Source of the DNA: an uncultured Mediterraneibacter sp.
Lineage (GTDB): Bacteria; Bacillota; Clostridia; Lachnospirales; Lachnospiraceae
Reading direction: 5' to 3'
DNA: 41,385 bases
Assembly (NCBI GenBank): GCA_944377705.1
Contig: CALWFS010000001.1
Location: 1 to 41,385 of the forward strand
In this document: one piece after another, positions 37,266-41,385 of the stretch
How the letters are laid out: every line of letters starts with the position of its first letter
Numbering within the stretch: the first letter of the stretch is position 1
Position numbers and translations under genes: made by a program
Notes under the pieces: model-generated
Told to the model about the DNA's origin: nothing
Database searches by the model: none
What the model saw: the letters and a program-made list of their open reading frames with translations, nothing else

Positions 37266-38579
37266 CTATTTTGTTTTCAACTCTTCCAGTTTCATTTCCA
37301 GCAGCCCATAAGTCTCTTTTGCAATCTCCTCCGGAGAGGCTGTACCGTAACCCACATTTTCCACTGCATCTGTCAAAATATTCTCAAGCTGCATATCCTG
37401 AGAGATAGCATTTTCCGTAGCTCCCGCATTTTCCAATGCAAGGTTGACCGCTGAATTGACAATTTCGTCCAGGTCTCCTGATTCTGTCAGCTGCTGACGC
37501 GCTGCTTCTGTAGCAGGCACTGAACGTTCCAGTTTCAAAATACTAATTGCTTCTTCATCATTCAGGAAGAAATCAATAAACTCTGCTGCCTCTTTCTGGT
37601 GCTCGGATGTATTGCTGATACACATGATCTGTGCCGGTCGTACAAGGATTCCGGTATCCTTGGCATTCTCCATCTGAGGTACTTTGGTAACCGCTGCCGT
37701 ATCTGCAAATCCTGCCATACGTGCGCTCAGCGATGAGGTCCAGTCAATGTCAGCTCCAACTTTATTATTCACCCATATCGGATTATCATAAAACGCATCA
37801 ATGTACATAAAGCTCTCACTCGCCGGCTCCATTACGCCCTCGTCAAAGAGCTGCTTGATATAGGTAAGACCTTCTGCCAGCTGCTCTTCCGTAAATCCGA
37901 TAGTATAATCATCATTCATAAACTGCTCTCCGGTAAGCTGCTTAATATATGGGCGCAGCACATGGTACGTAAGAGAATGCTGGTCCAGATTCAGAAAATA
38001 TGCTTCCGGATCGGATGCATGTACTTTTGCACCGTCCTCGAGCAGGCTGTCCCAAGTCCATTCCTGTGCAGAGTCAATTCCTGCCGCATCCAGTATCGCT
38101 GTATTCATCAACATGTAAGTTCCATTGATTCCTGTCGGCAGCCCATATATTGTACCGTCAAGCGCGCAGTGGCTGTTTACAAAATCCTCATCAAACCCTG
38201 ACATATCCAGAACATCCTCAAACTGAGAGAGATCCGCAAATGCATCAAACTGTGTCTGCATCTCATACAGCCACGGCGCATCAATCTGCATAATATCCGG
38301 TGCGTTCTTTCCGGCCATCTCGGTCATCCTCTTGTCCTTATATCCGTCAGCACCGCCGTATTCTGCTTCAATTTTAATCCCCGGGTGTTTCGATTCGTAC
38401 AGTTCAATAACATCCAGCGTTGCCTGATGCCGGCTGTCTCCGCCCCACCAGGAAAATCTCAGTGTTATCTCATCATCTGATCCGCTGTTTTCGGATCCCT
38501 CGTCAGATCCTGCTCCGCAGGCTGTCAGAGAAAACAGCATAGCACACATACATAAGACAGAAAGTATCTTTTTCTTCAT
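37266..38579 (-). CDS. Carbohydrate ABC transporter solute-binding lipoprotein (YesO/TogB-like)
   Basis: Lipobox LTAC; LRFSWWGGDSRH; APDIMQID; WTWD; AAGGAG RBS. Confidence 0.9.
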   Translation of the reverse strand: MKKKILSVLCMCAMLFSLTACGAGSDEGSENSGSDDEITLRFSWWGGDSRHQATLDVIELYESKHPGIKIEAEYGGADGYKDKRMTEMAGKNAPDIMQIDAPWLYEMQTQFDAFADLSQFEDVLDMSGFDEDFVNSHCALDGTIYGLPTGINGTYMLMNTAILDAAGIDSAQEWTWDSLLEDGAKVHASDPEAYFLNLDQHSLTYHVLRPYIKQLTGEQFMNDDYTIGFTEEQLAEGLTYIKQLFDEGVMEPASESFMYIDAFYDNPIWVNNKVGADIDWTSSLSARMAGFADTAAVTKVPQMENAKDTGILVRPAQIMCISNTSEHQKEAAEFIDFFLNDEEAISILKLERSVPATEAARQQLTESGDLDEIVNSAVNLALENAGATENAISQDMQLENILTDAVENVGYGTASPEEIAKETYGLLEMKLEELKTK

Positions 38580-38799
38580 AGACTTCTTCACTCCTTTAAT
38601 CTTGTATTTTTTGTAAAGTCTTGATTTTCAGATATAGATGCATCTACATTTTGAAAGCTGTTATCTTTCGCTTTCGTTTGACATTTATAATTATAATAAA
38701 TATTTTTTCTGAATAATACTGCTTTAAACCACAATTTAGTATCATTTTTGTTTTATTGAAAGTCTATTTTTATTGTATTTCAGTATTATTTTCTTTTGA

Positions 38800-38854
38800 T
38801 TTGTCATTTTTTCTGATATCACTAAAAAATTACTCATGGTTTGTCATTTTTTCT
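38800..38854. repeat. 15 bp direct repeat upstream of the carbohydrate operon
   Basis: TTTGTCATTTTTTCT at 38800-38814 and 38840-38854. Confidence 0.6.
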
Positions 38855-38878
38855 CTTTTTCAAATATAATGATGCACT

Positions 38879-38924
38879 AAAAAAAGCCACCCCATTATCA
38901 AATAATGATAACAGGATGGCTTTT
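38879..38924 (-). terminator. Intrinsic terminator after rpoC
   Basis: Minus strand AAAAGCCATCCTGTTATCA...TGATAATGGGGTGGC followed by a T8 tract. Confidence 0.8.
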
Positions 38925-38934
38925 CTGTCCTATT

Positions 38935-41385
38935 TTACTCTTCTTCATTCTGAGCGTCTTCTGTTAATGATTCTGTTATTTCGTTGTCTGCTTCAGACAC
39001 GAATGCCTCACCTTCAACAGCTTCCGTCCCGCTCTGGATCTCAGTGCCGCGGACCGCCTCCGCTGTTTCCATTTCAGCAGTTATTTCTGCGGTCTCAGCA
39101 TCTGCGGCCGCATCATCCTCATCTTCCATGCTCAGCTCGATGGTTTCCTCCATATGAGTATCTGTGTTGAGCGCTACATTACGGTACTTTTTCATACCCG
39201 TACCTGCCGGGATATGCTTACCGATGATAACGTTCTCCTTCAGACCTACCAGGTGATCTACCTTACCCTTGATCGCCGCCTCTGTCAGAACCTTTGTGGT
39301 CTCCTGGAAGGACGCTGCTGACAGGAAGGACTCTGTCGCCAGGGAAGCCTTTGTGATACCGAGCATGATCTGCTCTCCGGCAGCAGGAGTCTTGCCCTCT
39401 GCCTCCATCTGCTCATTAACTTCATTAAAGAGCAGCACATCAACCATTGTTCCCGGAAGGAATTCTGTATCCCCTTTCTCCTCGATGCGGATCTTTTTCA
39501 GCATCTGACGCACAATGACCTCGATATGCTTATCATTGATATCAACACCCTGCAGACGGTATACTCTCTGTACTTCCTGGAGCATATAATCCTGTACTGC
39601 GCGGAGACCCTTGATTTTGAGAATATCGTGCGGGTTCACGCTACCTTCGGTCAGCTCATCGCCTGCCTCCAGCATCGCGCCGTCCTGCACCTTAATGCGG
39701 GAACCGTACGGGATGAGATAGGCCTTTGACTCGCCGGTCTCATCGTTTGTGACGATGACTTCGCGTTTCTTCTTTGTATCGGAAATCGTCGCCTTTCCGG
39801 CAAACTCTGTAATAATCGCAAGTCCCTTCGGCTTTCTTGCCTCGAAAAGCTCCTCCACACGGGGAAGACCCTGTGTGATATCATCGCCGGCAACACCGCC
39901 GGTATGGAAAGTACGCATGGTAAGCTGTGTACCCGGCTCACCGATGGACTGTGCGGCAACGATACCGACAGCCTCGCCGACCTGTACAGCCTCGCCTGTC
40001 GCCATGTTTGCTCCGTAGCACTTCGCGCACACCCCGTTCTTGCACTTACAGGTAAGAATCGTACGGATCTTCACTCTCTTAAGAGGCTCTCCGTTCTCAT
40101 CCACACCCTTCTTTGTCACGCGTTCTGCGCGGTGCGGAGTGATCATATGGTTTGCCTTTACGAGCACATTGCCTTCTTCATCTTTGATATCCTCGCATGC
40201 GAAGCGTCCTGTGATACGCTCCTGAAGGCTCTCGATCTCCTCATTTCCGTCCATGAATGCATGCACATACATTCCCGGGATTTCCTGCCCCGGTTCCACA
40301 CAGTCGGAATCGTGGATAATTAATTCCTGAGATACGTCTACAAGACGTCTTGTCAGGTATCCTGAGTCCGCTGTACGAAGAGCCGTATCGGACAGACCTT
40401 TACGCGCTCCGTGGGCGGACATGAAGTATTCCAGTACATCCAGCCCTTCACGGAAGTTGGATTTGATCGGCAGCTCGATGGTACGTCCCGTCGTATCAGC
40501 CATAAGTCCGCGCATGCCGGCGAGCTGTTTGATCTGCTTGTCAGAACCGCGGGCTCCTGAATCTGCCATCATGAAGATGTTGTTGTATTTATCCAGACCG
40601 GAAAGCAGCGCCTCTGTCAGCTTATCATCAGTTGCCTTCCATGTCTCAACGACTTCTTTGTAACGCTCTTCCTCCGTGATGAGACCACGCTTATAGTTTT
40701 TTGTGATCCGGTCTACTGTATTCTGAGCTTCCTCGATCATCTGCGGCTTCTGCGGCGGTACGGTCATATCAGAGATGGATACGGTCATTGCCGCTCTTGT
40801 GGAAAACTTGTATCCGATCGCCTTCACGTCGTCAAGCACTTCCGCAGTCTGAGTCGCGCCATGTGTGTTGATAACCTTCTCAAGGATCTGCTTTAACTGC
40901 TTCTTTCCCACATGGAAATCGATCTCTAACAGAAGCTCGTTTCCTTCCACTTCTCTGTCCACGAAACCAAGATCCTGCGGAATGATCTCATTAAACAGGA
41001 GCCTTCCCAGTGTCGCGTCTATCACTCCTGCCTTCACAGTGCCATCCGGCATTGCCCTGGACACGCGCACTTTGATCTTGGAATGAAGAGTGATGTAACC
41101 GTTCTCATAAGCAAGGATCGCCTCGCTTGTATTCTTGAAGAACATGCCTTCACCCTTTGCTCCCGGTCTTTCCTGTGTCAGGTAGTAGATTCCCAGGACC
41201 ATATCCTGTGAAGGAACAGCCACCGGACCACCGTCAGACGGTTTCAGCAGGTTGTTCGGGGAGAGCAGCAGGAAACGGCACTCAGCCTGTGCTTCCTGGG
41301 ACAGCGGTACATGGACCGCCATCTGGTCTCCGTCGAAGTCCGCGTTGTACGCTGTACAAACCAGCGGATGCAGCTTGATCGCCTT
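38935..41385 (-). CDS. rpoC: DNA-directed RNA polymerase beta' subunit, 3' part (5' end outside the window)
   Basis: NADFDGDQM catalytic motif at the window edge; [13 protein letters not shown]; SAASFQETT. Confidence 0.99.
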   Translation of the reverse strand, partial: KAIKLHPLVCTAYNADFDGDQMAVHVPLSQEAQAECRFLLLSPNNLLKPSDGGPVAVPSQDMVLGIYYLTQERPGAKGEGMFFKNTSEAILAYENGYITLHSKIKVRVSRAMPDGTVKAGVIDATLGRLLFNEIIPQDLGFVDREVEGNELLLEIDFHVGKKQLKQILEKVINTHGATQTAEVLDDVKAIGYKFSTRAAMTVSISDMTVPPQKPQMIEEAQNTVDRITKNYKRGLITEEERYKEVVETWKATDDKLTEALLSGLDKYNNIFMMADSGARGSDKQIKQLAGMRGLMADTTGRTIELPIKSNFREGLDVLEYFMSAHGARKGLSDTALRTADSGYLTRRLVDVSQELIIHDSDCVEPGQEIPGMYVHAFMDGNEEIESLQERITGRFACEDIKDEEGNVLVKANHMITPHRAERVTKKGVDENGEPLKRVKIRTILTCKCKNGVCAKCYGANMATGEAVQVGEAVGIVAAQSIGEPGTQLTMRTFHTGGVAGDDITQGLPRVEELFEARKPKGLAIITEFAGKATISDTKKKREVIVTNDETGESKAYLIPYGSRIKVQDGAMLEAGDELTEGSVNPHDILKIKGLRAVQDYMLQEVQRVYRLQGVDINDKHIEVIVRQMLKKIRIEEKGDTEFLPGTMVDVLLFNEVNEQMEAEGKTPAAGEQIMLGITKASLATESFLSAASFQETTKVLTEAAIKGKVDHLVGLKENVIIGKHIPAGTGMKKYRNVALNTDTHMEETIELSMEDEDDAAADAETAEITAEMETAEAVRGTEIQSGTEAVEGEAFVSEADNEITESLTEDAQNEEE

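Noticed and set aside
35428-38579. Missing ABC ATPase as a sign of decay
   Set aside because: Firmicute carbohydrate ABC importers commonly share an MsmX/MsmK ATPase encoded elsewhere.
38651-38665. CcpA cre site (TTGAAAGCTGTTATC)
   Set aside because: Lacks the central CG and the right half-site of the consensus.

Overview
Chromosomal window from a low-GC Gram-positive anaerobe; gene content and protein sequences suggest Lachnospiraceae/Clostridia (inference). It runs from the 3' part of rpoC (right end, minus strand) to rpsL and the start of rpsG (left end), with about 38 kb between rpoC and rpsL. Housekeeping genes include cysK, a T-box-regulated proS, telA/xpaC, an RluA-family synthase, spoVG, glgC/glgD, murC, a dnaD-dnaC-prs block and a KdpD/KdpE-like pair. 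Two accessory blocks stand out. (1) An AT-rich, self-promoted three-gene cassette (4070-6921) encodes a carbon-nitrogen hydrolase (nitrilase-fold) protein with an intact E-K-C triad, a winged-helix protein and an unknown helical protein; it is a candidate undescribed defence/conflict module. (2) A 12-gene, 15.6 kb carbohydrate locus (22982-38579) has an ABC importer, a cytoplasmic heparinase II/III-family lyase, many oxidoreductases (three of them flavoenzymes with non-canonical active-site motifs) and no glycoside hydrolase or kinase, plus a convergent YesN/YesM-type two-component system. Small non-coding elements include a MITE-like element whose inverted repeats supply the stop codons of two convergent genes, a palindromic insert in the proS leader and DnaA boxes upstream of dnaD. 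No rRNA, tRNA, CRISPR array, integrase or transposase was seen. All calls come from reading motifs by eye; no database search was run.
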